Positions 1 to 15,810 are shown, numbered from the stretch's first letter. The stretch: 64,000 nt of DNA from Sphagnum compactum (GCA_965153455.1 OZ234493.1:16048213-16112212); one strand, 5' to 3'. Program-made: numbers and translations. The notes: generated from the sequence alone by a model not told the origin.

Positions 1-1779
1 TAGATCCACTGTTTATGAACAATGTCACTCCATGTCTACTCCAAGAAATCCTAATGTTCAACTCTATTCTACACTTAGTGTATGTAGATCAACAAGTTTG
101 AAGTCAATTTTCCTAATAGCAAATGGTGAGCTGCTTAGTGTTTGCCATGCTCAATACTTATCTAATTGATGTGATGTGAATGTTTTCTAAATTTTCACTA
201 AGTCTTAAAGCATTCCTTGTAATGTCTCTTGGTAGGTTTTGTGCAATCTTAAGCGGATTCCAACTTATCAACTAATCTCCTAGATTTAGGGGAACTCTCC
301 AATCAATAAGTATAATTACATCTTTGATTTTTAAAAATTATTTGCTTATATTTGTGGGAGTGGTAGGTTCTTGTGAATTTGAACTATTTCATAACTAACC
401 ATTTCGTCTATGTGTGTGGCAAGTTGAACATATGTTAGGGTTTTTAAAAAAGAGTATGGACTAGTTAATAAGAAGCATTTGTCTATTAAAGTTAATCTTT
501 TGCAATCTACAACCACATAACTCTTATTCTGGTATTTACTAAATTGAAAGAATGGATCATGTTGATTAGGTTTTAAGAGCATCATCTAAATCTATTTGCA
601 CAACTCAAATTCGAGCATGGCACCAAGTTTAGTTCTTAATGGATTGGAATGGTCATTTTGTTGAACATTGTGTAATCATGTAGTGACACAATGTGGTGCT
701 ACATGGAAAATAAAATGTAAATTATATGGCAAGGAATATAAAAAGTGCCTGTTACTGGATCGAGAGAACTATATTTAAGTCTATTTGATAATATTAAAAT
801 ATGTAATAATATTCTGGAAGGAATTTTTTAAAAAACCTATGAGAGCTTTAATCTCAAATTTGACAAAAAAAAAAAGAGAAAGCTGGAATGCACCATGTTA
901 TCATGATAAATTGAAGATTAAATTCTATTAAATGAAGTAAAAAAAAAAGGTTTAAAAAAATGTTAAAATTTCAACTTGGGGACATAATATTGGTTGCACA
1001 ATATTTTGTGATGGATGGACAAATGCAACAAATAATCCTTAATTTTAAATATAGCGGCTATTTTTCCTAAGGGAGAAAATTATTATCCTTTTTAAAAGAA
1101 ATTGCTACAATTGTGGAAAGATGACATTTGAAAATATTTGCTCAACAATTAAATAAATTCGCAACTAATGAAATAGGAGATCTCAAATCTCTGTTGTGCA
1201 TCTCAACTATGCTGGGTCCGGTTCTGGTCTGGTTCTTGCTTTAATAGGTTCCAGTTCTGGACATCAGACCCAGTTCCAGTTCCAAGTAACCTGGTCTGAA
1301 ACCGGCAGTTAATTACTGGTTAAACCCTGGGCAATTCCAGTCCATTTTTTCAAAGGTACCAGCCAACCTGTCACTATTTCTAAAAAGTGAAAAAATCTCA
1401 GCTTTGCTTTAAGTAGGAAAAGGACGTGAGTACAGGCCCTTCTCCTAAACAAATTTGGCTAAATTACTTTCTGGATGATCGCCACTTTGACAACATCATT
1501 AAAAGACCCTGGAGCCCAGGACCCAGAAAGCACCTTAGAAGCTACGGCAACTGCAGCTCAGCTTGCAATTTCAAAACAAAAGAAAAGCCAAACAAATTCG
1601 CACGACATCCAAGTTTCCAGGGAGCACATTGTTGAAAGAAAGAATTCCCCAAAAATCCCGATCAGATCAGCACGCACATGAAATGATTTCCCTAGGAAAT
1701 CGATCCATCACTTTACAAAACAGGCCGGAAACAACCTCGCAAATTGGGTGCACCCATCACTGCAGGCACCAGGCAGCTG

Positions 1780-3434
1780 CAGTCATGGAGAATGTCAAGT
1801 TCGTAGGGAACTTACAATGCAAATCCGTACCCGACGTCTGCAGAGAAAGGATGCATGCCATATGCAGCAGAGAATGTCTTGTTTCCTCGTGCGTGTATGT
1901 AAATATGCATGGGAATTAGTTGGAACAGTTAAGTTTTGAGGCACTTCCAGGATTTGAGGGCCCAGCATCAGGACGACAACTTTTCACCAAAATTGGGATC
2001 TTGGGTGAAAGTCGAGAGGTTCCAAAGCAGTTGCTGAAATCAATTGATAGAATTTTTCCAGTGAGTGGAACCTGCTGACAGAATTTCCCTTCAGAAATTC
2101 TTATGTCAAGGGAGAACTAGGTGACTGAAATTACAAAGGAAGTTTTTGGAAAGAGTTTCTTTACTTAGCAAAAAGTGCAAGTACTAGATGAGATCCCTTC
2201 TTTCATCTTAGTACAGGTTTTTTTGTTGAATCTCAAGATACTGAAATCTTTAGGCTTTATTTACATGAGGAAATTCTTGCTCTAGATTTTATATTTTTTG
2301 TCTTCTGATCATGTTGGCGGAACTATAATTATCAAGTTGCTTTTAATCCAAGAAAGCTTAAATAAACTGCTTACAGATCTGTATAAGGCTGTATGTTCGC
2401 GAGGTTCATCAAGGTACCAGCTGACGTACGTGCAGGAGTGGGATTTGTCTTTTTAGGAATTTATGTGGTGATGATGATCAACTGATGATCATGCACATGA
2501 GTAGTTGCAAGCATTAATAAGTATATCGACTAGATTTCAGACGATCAGAGCTACCCAGTAGGAGTATACACCATCTGTGATTATACTTTTGATTGAAGGT
2601 GAAAAACTTTGCTTATATATATCACACATGACTAGTCATGCTTAAGTCATAGTTTGTTCCAGAGCTGTCTAGTATAACACACAAATAATTGAGTCATTGA
2701 CAGTGGACCAAAACAAGTGTGATCAAGCAAGACTTTATAATAGAAATCCTGAGGGATCAGTACTTGCACTCGATTGCATAGCTAGAAGCTGGTGCACATG
2801 CTTGTACATATACATATATACATATATATATATGAGAGGTTCTTAGGGTGGCATGAGAAGCTGGCATTCATAGATGTGGCCAAAGGTGTGCAAATTATGT
2901 TCTCCAGGCTCAAGGTGTCATTACAGATTGAAATCCCTTACCTCGTCAGCTTGGAGATCGGGTATCAGTATCTGCCGGACTAGTGAAAATGACATGAAAT
3001 TCTTTTAGTGAAAAAACTTATTGAAGCATTTTCAATGTTTTTTTGTATCATTAGAAAATTCAGCCACGTGAAGTCACATAAAAATCTAAATGTTGATGGT
3101 TGTCCATTGGAGGCTTGAGGTACTGAACATTTCAGTGGTAGAGAATATGTGTTTTTTTGTAGGTGATGGGAAGCACTACTATCCTAAATTGGTCAAGGTT
3201 CAGATGCTCAGGTATGTTATATAATGGTGCAACGAGGGCACAAATTTCATCAAAGAAACAATAGCTACTTCCTGAATAGAAGATGACTTTCCTTCATGGG
3301 CCTGGAACATTCTAAATTCCTTTAGTCATATTTGATGTGATCAGGTGACTGACAACAACATATTTTCCATGAAAGCAGGTTATACAACAGTTCAGAGAAT
3401 CCCCAATCTGTTTGAGCTTCCCATCCAACCAGAT
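1780..3434 (+). pseudogene. Probable decayed multi-exon gene of unrecognised family
   Basis: A series of AG...GT-bounded exon-like blocks with protein-like translations (LFTKIGILGESREVPKQLLKSIDRIFPV; GDGKHYYPKLVKVQML; EDDFPSWAWNILNSF; GYTTVQRIPNLFELPIQPD|gtaag). In-frame stops interrupt them. Boundaries are approximate. Confidence 0.35.
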
Positions 3435-3506
3435 GTAAGTCTTAGAAGTGTCAATGGCATCTTTTTAAGTGGATGTATGTACTCAATTGGAGAATCTGTA
3501 TTTGTG

Positions 3507-3664
3507 GGCTACAACAAAAGGTGTCCTTGTATGTCACACAATTTCACTAAATTTTAAGTGAATTCACTGGTCGTAATGAATTGGATTTAGTGGGGATGCA
3601 CTGAATTCACTCACTGATCTAATGAACAAGGATTATGGAACTGCACCCACATTTTGTAATAGTG
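3507..3664 (-). mobile_element. Non-autonomous CACTA element, degenerate inverted copy of 3984-4159
   Basis: Ends are ggctacaacaaaagg and attttgtaatagtg. It is reverse-complement similar to 3984-4159 (gaactgcacccacattttgta; gtgaattcactgg; acaacaaaaggtgtc). Confidence 0.7.
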
Positions 3665-3983
3665 ACGTCTTGGATTTGGGGACCCATACTCATATTCTGA
3701 CTATGTTTGTTGGGTGTGGTGTATGAGCAGGTGTGGCTGTTCTTCTGCCATTGAAGTTGTTGCCTCAGAATGCTTGTACCCCTAGCTTATTTCTATAGCT
3801 CTAGGTGTTAAAGTATTAAAATATAATGTGTGTACAAATTTTGATGTGCAATAAATTTTGATGTTTCCCACTTGTATCACATGTGAATTTATTGTTCTTT
3901 ACAATATTATTTGTAAGTGAAAATGCATAGGGCATTTTGTGTTATTCCTTTATCATATATATGTGCAAATCAAGATCTAAAAT

Positions 3984-4159
3984 CACTACTACAAAATGTG
4001 GGTGCAGTTCACTAGTCCCTGTTCACTAGACCAATAGTCCCTGTTCACTAGACCAATGAATTCAGTGCTTCTATACTGGTCCCCGTCCACTACAACCAGT
4101 GAATTCACTCAAAATCCAGTGAAATCACTTGACGTATAGAGACACCTTTTGTTGTAGTG
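3984..4159 (+). mobile_element. Non-autonomous CACTA (En/Spm) miniature element, 176 bp
   Basis: TIRs CACTACTACAAAA / TTTTGTTGTAGTG with 3-bp TSD AAT on both sides. Internal tandem duplication of tagtccctgttcactagaccaa. Confidence 0.85.
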
Positions 4160-4944
4160 AATATTTCCATTTTATGACATGTGAAATTATTTTGTTTTAC
4201 CCCATTGCAAATATCAATGGGAAAGGAGGACACAGGACTGTGTCATTATTCCCGTATTGTCAATATTCCCCGATTAGTTCAACTGAAATGGGAAACTAAT
4301 AGGAAAATTTGATACTTATTTTTGCCTTGTGGGAGGTCCCCATAGGGCCCTTGTGTGATTCTGTCAAGAAGAGCTCGTGATTGATTAATATTACTACGCT
4401 CATGAATCTCATGTACTACAGTGCTCTGCAATTTTGTGTGCAAGTCATATATTATGTATTGTACATATAACGAGAACTGGTACTATTTCAACTCCGGGCG
4501 GCTGCACTGATCGTCATGAGAAACTTGATCTGATCAGATTTATGAATTTTATTCTACCAAAACATGCAGCATCTCATGCACACTGCTGGTATACGACAAA
4601 AAGACTGATTTATAAACAGCCATGAACATCACTGGGAAATTTGTCATTAGTAAGATTATTACTACTGACAGACAGTACGTGGTGAGGTAGAAGTAGTGCT
4701 CAGATTTTCAGAAGAACTTCAATGAACTTGACAACTTTCTTTCTTGTATAGTGACGGTAAATTATAAGCAGCTCTTAAGTACTTGATCTGCATTTCATAA
4801 CGTATATCTAGATAGTGATCTGACGACTCCCGGGAATTTAGCTAGGTACCCATCGACAATGAGGCAGCTGCCATGGCAATTAGTAGTTCTGGTCCTTCAT
4901 GAATCAGGTGCTAATTCTCTTTTGGGCGAAGATGTTTTTTTGCG

Positions 4945-5208
4945 TTATTTTTTTTTATGGCCTTCTAAATAGGAGCTGAAATAGGAAATGCCGAGCTCCT
5001 CTTGAATTTCAGCGAGAAGCTCTGGGACATTCACGTATTCAGTTAAGTCGCGTCCGTAGTCTTTCAGCATTTCCTCCATTTTCTCACGACCTGTCTTACC
5101 TATCTCCTCCTCCATGGCGTTCAGCAACTCAGGTATACTCGTCCATTCTGGGAAAGAGTCCGGAGTCAAGTTCGCGAAGACATCAGGAATAGAACTCTCA
5201 GCTGCCAT
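4945..5208 (-). CDS. Orphan 87-aa acidic, helical-looking protein with internal repeat (possibly truncated)
   Basis: ATG-initiated ORF with protein-like composition. Repeated motif TSIPELLNAMEEEIG / VNVPELLAEIQEELG. No family recognised. Confidence 0.5.
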   Translation of the reverse strand: MAAESSIPDVFANLTPDSFPEWTSIPELLNAMEEEIGKTGREKMEEMLKDYGRDLTEYVNVPELLAEIQEELGISYFSSYLEGHKKK

Positions 5209-6781
5209 AATCGCAGTAATTATACTCGACCCAGGAGTCGAATTTTCCGGGGCGCGGTTTCAGCAACTAAATTTTGGAACTAGCTGCTGATCAACCTTGA
5301 TCTGATCTTTTGCACAAATAAGTACAATCACAGAAACACTAGTAAAGTCAGTCTTCCACTCCAGCTGAACATAGAAGTCACCTGACTTCTAATTTGGACA
5401 TGGAAACGAGAGACCCTCCAAGGCTAGAAGCAGCAAATAAGCATGACCCACACAGGTAATTATTAATTCTCGAAATCATGTAATCTGACCTCTCTCGACT
5501 TCTCTATTTGTCGCAAACCGAGAAATATAACAGCAATTGATCTTAATTTGCTCCCAATTAGCAACCGTCACAACTCTTCTGCAATCGCGTGAAGTCCACT
5601 GTTGATTTCAGGAACTAGTAAGTATTAGCTCTTCCCCAAAAATTCAGGAGCTGCTCAGCTATGAATCATGCAAATTGCTCGCATATGATGGGACTTAAAT
5701 ACTATCTGCATTTCGATGATCTCCATGCATGATTATGACCAGTGCCACCAGATGCTTGTTGAATCTGTGAATTGCTACTGAAATTCTGATTGAGAAATCG
5801 TCAGAAGCATCTCTGTCAGGAGCTAGTTAGTTGTATCCTTGTGCTTCAAGCCACCTGATCTGAATTGGACTTCAAGGCTTGCAGCAAGAGCTAGACAAAT
5901 TACGCGCCTCACCATCACGTGCTGATCTGATTGTGTGCAGGGAACTAGGAAATGAAGCCTGCTGCTTCTTTGCACATTCTCTCTCTCTGCCCAACAGTCA
6001 ACTAAGAAATCAAAGTGTTGAATCTCAGTACCAGATTTTCTTTTTTTCTTTTTTTCTTTTTTTTTTCCCCAATTTTGTGATGTTGTTCTCAGTTGAAACT
6101 TGGAGCTCATTTCCATAAGAAAGTTTAGCCAGATTTTAGGCAATAATAAAATAATTGTAGTGAAGATAAATAAATCAATAAATAAATAAATAAAAATCCA
6201 AAGCTTGCATGAATCTTCCTACTATGTTTTTTGGGCTCCCATCCTGAGGCTTCACTTCACCTCACCATTGAGACAAAAAGGAAGTTGCTGGGTAAAGCCC
6301 CAGGGTGCACCACCTGGGGGCATTTCCGAGTACTTGAGTACAGCCCCACATTTCGGGAACCATGTTCACATCCCATGTTTTTCTTTTCTTTTTGTTTTTC
6401 CCTTTTTTCAATTTTGTGGTGTGGCTGAAGTGGTGTCCAATTGACATCCACAAAATTTAAAAAATTAGCGAAATCTCTTTATAAATAATATAGTATAGGG
6501 CGCAGGATGTAAGCCAATGAGATCTTTGGATGGGAAACATTATTTTTTAAACCGTTGATTATCTTGGTTGTTACGCAGGCTAAGGCCCTGGGTGCTCACA
6601 GAGTAATTGCCTGATAGCAGGGCCTTAGAGCATCTCCACCCCGAGACTCTAAACAACTCCTTTATTTTAAAATAGAATAGTGTTTAACGATCACAGTCCC
6701 CACCCACAAACGCCATAAAAGTCCTTTTAAACACTCAAAGACTATTTATGTCTTTACATCTGAATGAGTAATAGTCATTGT

Positions 6782-6921
6782 CACTAGAAGAAAAACCTCA
6801 TTTTTTGACTTGTTTTAGGCGACAACTAAAAGTGTTTTTTGCGACTATTTTTCAAAAATAGTCGCAAAAGACACTTTTAGTCGCCTAAGACAAGTCAAAA
6901 AATGGGATTTTTCTATTAGTG
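6782..6921. mobile_element. 140-bp palindromic CACTA miniature element
   Basis: CACTAGAAGAAAA...TTTTCTATTAGTG with TSD TGT on both sides. Almost the whole element is a fold-back (tttgcgactattttt c aaaaatagtcgcaaa). Confidence 0.85.
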
Positions 6922-7033
6922 TGTCCAAATCCATAGTGGAAAAACGATTTTAAAGAGGTTAAAAATGACCACTGCAAAATGGACATCAATCAAGGAGCGC
7001 AGCAAGATTGATTGACATTATCGTGCTCCAAGA

Positions 7034-7823
7034 TCTTATATATAAAAGCAAATGTGGTGTCTGTCTGTCCGTGTGGACAAAAATTGGGCAATGCCTGAAA
7101 CTGCCCGTTCCCTGTGGAGCATCTGATGATGATAATAATAATCATCTGTGCGTCTGTTTGTCTGAACCTGTCCATTTTGACCCGTTAACAGTCTTTGCGA
7201 GGTCGATTCTGTTAACAGTCTCTGCGAGGCCGATTCTGCAACCCCCCAGATGACAAATTTGCTATTGCAGGATTTTTTATGCACAAAATAGGGTGGACAG
7301 TCCAAGACTGGCTTCAATAGGTGGACAGTCTAAGAAGTTGAAGATATCAACTTTTGGATGGGGGACGGTAGGGTGTTGGGGGAGGTATTTTTGGGATTTG
7401 GAGGGTGGGTGAGGAGATTTGGGTGCGCTTTTTTCTTTCCCGAAGGATGCATGGGCTAAGGGTTTAGGAGGGTCATGATTTTTATTTTTTTCGTGGAGGG
7501 GGGGAGGGGGTGGGGGTGGGGTTCTAGGGGTCTTAATAGGTGGAAGTGAGAAAGAACACATTGTAATATTATGTTGGGGAACACATTGGGAACCAAAGAA
7601 AAATGAAAAGAAACCCTCCCCCAACCCCCCCCCCCCGGCCCCTCCTCCCAAAATTTAAAAGGAATAAAAGCAAGGCACCTTGAGTGCACCCTTGGGCCTT
7701 CCATTGGCTGCATGAAATTTCTATTCCCAAAAGAGTTTACCACCGTTTAGAACCAGAGTGGGAAAAGTGAAGGACCAGGTGGGGGGGATCGACAGGGTGC
7801 ATTATGCATCGGGTTCACACTAG
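7034..7823 (+). mobile_element. Non-autonomous Helitron, ~790 bp
   Basis: Inserted between A and T. The 5' end is TCttatatataaaag...gtctgtctgtcc. A 3' subterminal hairpin ggtgca-tta-tgcatc lies ~10 nt before the terminal CTAG. No TSD. Confidence 0.7.
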
Positions 7824-7990
7824 TTTAATGAAAACGGGTGTTTGCAGGTGGGGGTTGAGATGGTCTAACCCCATACAAAAACATACTTGCATGGAGGTTC
7901 TTACACCTACTCCTTCGGAGTGGGAGGAATTTAGGCATTAGATTACTGCCACTCTTGATTAGGAGGGATATTCACACACAAATATATATA

Positions 7991-8192
7991 GGAAAATTTT
8001 AAATTCACACTTTTTTTGGTTAAATTCACGCCCTTCGGTCCGATTTTATACAGATTAAACTTTAAGAGTATGTTCCTTTATCAGTTCAATTACTTCTGCG
8101 GGCAAGTTCTCGAGTTGTGCCCTGATTGACCACAGACCCCACACAGAAAGGGTGTGAATTTAACCAAAAAAGGTGTGAATTTAAAATTTCCC
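7991..8192. mobile_element. Small TIR element (MULE-like) enclosing a CCHC zinc-knuckle fragment
   Basis: ~45-bp TIRs ggaaaattttaaattcacac...ccctt / aaggg...gtgtgaatttaaaatttccc. The internal minus-strand reading gives CGVCGQSGHNSRTC. TSD is not clean. Confidence 0.6.
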
Positions 8193-8729
8193 AAACATAT
8201 ATATATATAAAAAGGGTGCCCTCCAAATACACTAGGAAATTTCGGATCATGTCCTTTACTAAGAAGCTTCAATAGAGAATAACCGACATAGTAAGACGAG
8301 GTCCAAGGAAGGCCAGAGTTTAACCAAGACCCACCAGGAGACCATGCAGGATGTCCAGACGGAATGTGAACAGAAAACATGTGGATGAATGAACCTCAAC
8401 TGAGTTAATACTTGGTTTGACCTTGGTAATCAATTCTGTAAGAAATAGGTCTCATATATAGGTAAAATAAATAGGGTAAGAAAATAGGTAACTACTAGCT
8501 AAGTAGATGGTTTATACATAGTTAAGGGCTGTTTTTACTACCTACCTACTAACAACCTGCTTGCGGTTTGTTAGTAGGTAGGTAGGGGAAAAAAAAAAAG
8601 CAACTGAGCTAACCACCATGGTTAGCTAATGAACTGGAACCCAACAGAAAACAATTTCCTGACCACTTGTGGTTACAATTTCCTGACCCACTACTCACAA
8701 AGTCCTAAATAATTTCCTTTGCTTCTTCC

Positions 8730-9540
8730 TAGAGCCTTCTTTCTTCTTTGTAAGTAATTGGCGCCTTTTTTAAAGTGGCTAAACATATGCTTGTTTTTTT
8801 GTTTTTCTGGCTAAATTTAATGTGTTGGCGATTTTGATTTTTCAAATTTCGATTTTCTTTTAACTTTTTGAAGAAAACATCGCCAGATCTCTCTCTATTG
8901 GATTCTTTCATTCAGCCAAAAACATGCAAGATTTCCTCCGCTTCTTTCTCGATTGCCTTCTTCTTTGTAAGTAATTTGGCGCTTTTTTCAAAATGGCTAA
9001 ACATATGCGTGTTTTTTTGTTTTTCTGGCTAAATTTAACTTGCTAGCGATTTTTATTTCAAATTTCAAATTTCGATTTTTTTCTGCTTTTTGAAAATATC
9101 GCCAGATTTGTCTATTGGATTCTATCATTTAGCCAAAAATGTGCAAGATTTTCTTCGCTTCTTTCTTGAGCCTTCTTCTTCGTAAGAAATTGGCGCTTTT
9201 TTCAAAATGACTAAAATTATGCTTTTTTTGGGCTAAATTTCACCTCTAGGCAATTATTCTTTTCAACTTTCGATGATTTCTTCAGATTCCTCTACTAGAT
9301 TCTAGCATTTAGCCAAAAATGTGAACAATTTCCTTCGCTGTTTTCTTGAGCCCTTCTTCTTTGTAAGTAATTGGCACTTTTTTCAAACTGGCTAAAAATA
9401 TGAGTGTTTATGTTTTCCTGGCTAAGTTTAAGCAATTGGGGATTTTTTTTCAAATTTCGATTTTTTAAAAAAGTAAATAATATCGCCAAATTTCTCTACC
9501 GGATTCTATCATTTAGCCGAAAATGTGAAGGATGCTTCAA
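8730..9540. repeat. Degenerate tandem array, about four ~180-220-bp units
   Basis: Recurrent blocks cttctttgtaagtaattggcgc, tggctaaa, tcgccagat and ggattctatcatttagccaaaaatgtg. Confidence 0.75.
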
Positions 9541-12044
9541 GTTTTTTTTACTTTTTCATATGGTATTTATACCAAAAATTGGCTAAACTATCTTATGTCA
9601 CAAAACTGGGGGGGAGGGGGAAAAACACTGTTCAGAATTGTAACTACTAAAAATGTCAATGCCTAAGGCCAACGATTTTAGCCAAATTGAATTGAATTTC
9701 CTTGCAAGATAGCCAGATTTCTCTGTTGGATGTTCCAACTTTTTTTGCTTTCACATCCTTTTGATAGCCAAATTTGGATAAACTGTTTGGATAAAGGAGG
9801 GGGGGGGTTCGTAGTTACTAATAGCCAAATTTGGATAAAGGCGAGGGTTCATAGTTACTAGTAGCATTAATGCCCTACACAGCTACGTACTCGGGTTTCC
9901 CAAAAACAATTAAAAGAATACAATTTAAGCTACCACTTCTAACATTTTCATTTGTTGCAGAGGTTTTTTCTTCACACTTGTGACCCACGCATGAGCCGAG
10001 GGCCCTTTATATTTTGCCATGTAAAATCATATAAATATAAATATATATACATTATTTTATCGGGCCGTGTAAAACTATGTAAATATTTTTATTTTTACAC
10101 TTACACGGAGTGTAAGTCCCAAACCATTTACACACACAACATTGGATCAAACCTTGTTTGAAATTGAATGATCGAGGAATTAGAGTCAAGGGACCTCAAT
10201 AATAATAGTTATAAAAAATTCTGCTTTCGTTTTGAGGAAAAATATTTTGAACCCAATAATTTTAAAAGTTTCAAGGTTGTGACAAAAATGATCAAAAAAA
10301 TGTCTTACCCACTCAAAATGTGATTTGAAAGGTCGCATCGTCTTTAATTGAAACACTTGATATGATGTTGGAAAGCTCTTAATGACAACCATAAGAAAAT
10401 GGTCTCACATGCCCCAATCGATTTTTCTCAAAAAATATGAGCAAATACAACAAATGAAAATTCTTGATTTTGAAAAAGTGATGAGGAGTCGTAAGACTTT
10501 TTACAATTTCAATGTAACCCCACCAAGAGATATGTAACATATTATAAGGGAAGTAATGTTTCTTTCATTGGTTTGGCCATGGTGCGTGCTATTTGTGATG
10601 AATTTCACATGTAGTTTGAGGTCAAATTGCACAAAATGTTTTATTTGTTTGTCTTCTACAATCAAGGTCTTCAAGAGTGATCCGTGAAGTGTGTCATTTT
10701 ATTCTAGGTTTTTCAAAACCCTTTACCCAATCACGAAGAGTTCAAAAACATGCCCTTGGTTTCTACTTATATGAAATTGAAAATTACAAATTATTTGACA
10801 ATCGTAAATCACTGCCTAGATTTTTCATTTGTATTTTCAGCTCCCTTACTACCTGAAGAAACATATTTTCAGCAAGGGAGATCTTCTGCGGTGGAAAGTA
10901 CCACCCAGGTTGTACTTAGATCTTCTGACCAGCAGAAGGTACCAGCCAGCCTGTCACTATTTCTAAAAAGTGAAGAAATCCCAGCTCTCCTTTTCTTAGG
11001 AAAAGGACTTGAATACAGGCTCTTCTGTGGATTTGGGTCCTTCATTCAAAACATCCTTGGGATGTTTTTGCTCAATCTTGGGATTCCATGTTGGAGGGAT
11101 GCTAGCTACCTTATGAAACACATATCAAATACTATACAACATTTGAAATTTCTATGGGTGATTACTTTAGCCTTGATAAGTGCTCACATTTGAATATATT
11201 GATTAAATTGTTGCTATTTCTTTCAATAGTATTTTAATGTGTTGGGGAATTGTGATGATGTTTTTATTTTAGGTAATATATGTTTGCATTTATTTTGCAG
11301 GAGTATTTTTCTTTTTGCAATTTTCTTAAGTAGAAGTAGGCACTAACCACCTCGAAGTAGATTTAACATTTTATTCACAACAATTTTTATAGAACCACCT
11401 AAAGTTTTCTCCAAATAATAAGGCAAAGTGGCAACATACTTTTGGGCAATCAAAAATTGATGACATTTCTTCAAATAAAAAAAAATTCTCTAATTCTTTT
11501 GTTTAATTTTTTTATTAAAAAAAATGAAGCATCTATGACAAAATACTCCAATTCAAATTTGTTTTCTCTATCACTGCAGCGTGGAAATTCACCAAAATAA
11601 AAACACCGCTTTAGAACTCAAGATTAGCTTTTAGAAATAGTGATTGTTATATGAGTTTGTATTTATGTAGTTGTAAAGATTAGGTCAAGAGGTAAATTCA
11701 ACAAATTGTCTAAAAGTGAAATTAACAATTAAGTATGCCAATTCAAGAAGTGGAAACTCGTTAAATAGTGATCTATTATCTCGATAGATTGTACAAACTT
11801 TGATATTATATTCACAAGATTTTCAAAAAGATTACCTAATTAAATATATACAATAGAAGTTATCCGTGAAATCAGGCAATTAGGGGGCGAGAACGGCCAG
11901 TTTCGGCATAATAGGGCTACACGCGAAACTGGGAATGAAAATTTTACAAAAGGAAAGAACTAGGACGGAAACTAGATTTTCCGCCAATTTTGGTGGCAAA
12001 CTGAGTTTCGTCCTGTCTTTCCTTTTTCCTGAGCGCCTCCACTG

Positions 12045-12296
12045 CCACTACATATATTTTCCTTATTCCTACCTGTACAACTACTCTAATTACTCTCGAA
12101 CCTTGTGCTACATATATTTTTGCTACTACATATATTTTCCCTGTTCCTACCTGTACAACTCCTATAATTACTCTCGAACCTTGTGCTGCATATTTTTTCA
12201 CGTACAACTCCTATAATTACTGTCGAGCCTTGTGCTGCATATATTTTCACTGCTCCTACCTGTACAACTACTGTAATTACTCTTGAACCTTGTGTG
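12045..12296. repeat. Minisatellite, about four ~55-70-bp units
   Basis: Repeated catatattttcc, cctacctgtacaact and taattactctcgaaccttgtg. It generates the spurious ORFs at 11935 and 11944. Confidence 0.8.
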
Positions 12297-13051
12297 TTAA
12301 CCGCTGAGTTTCAGCATTTCATACCCAGATTTAATAAAATTTCGTTACTTTGCGGATATCACTGAAAGAGGGGATAGGGGGGCAAAAGCAGAGGAGATAG
12401 GGGTCAAAAGCAGAGGAGATAGGGGGTGAAACAGTGGGTGACTTTATGGATAGCTCCAATGCATGGAAAAGTTGTAGGCTTGTGAAATATGACAACATAA
12501 TAACATCAAAATTATAGCAGAATGGAAACACATGATGAAAGAATCTTTTTGATCTATTGACATCTAATAAATTGTGTTTGAACCAATGTTGGTATTGTAC
12601 AATGCTACCTCGATACCAACAAGTTCCTTGTAAGTAGCTAAGAAAAATTTACTTTGATGTTAAGAAGGGTTTAGGAAGCTTGTATCTGAGTTTGGTACCT
12701 GGTTGCTAACCGAATTTTCCACAGAAATTTAGCAAAACCACTTGAGGGGTAGTGGATAAAACCTCTTGGATTTGTTATGATTTGTAAAACTCAACTTCAA
12801 TCTCTGTTTGTGAGCAGCTGATATGAGTGAGATACACATCTGTGACTAATAACTAGGAGCAAAGAGTCCAAGCAGAGAAGAGGGATGATGAAGCAGGTTG
12901 CAAATTACCACAATTCTGTGCAAGAGTTGATCACTCATTGCTCATAAATGTTTTTCTTACAGTCAAATCTTGAATCACTGGTGAACTTTTTCATACATAA
13001 AGAATACTTCACTTTCTTCTCGGAATTAACATCTGTACCTTCTTTGAAGCT

Positions 13052-15810
<2,759 letters not shown>

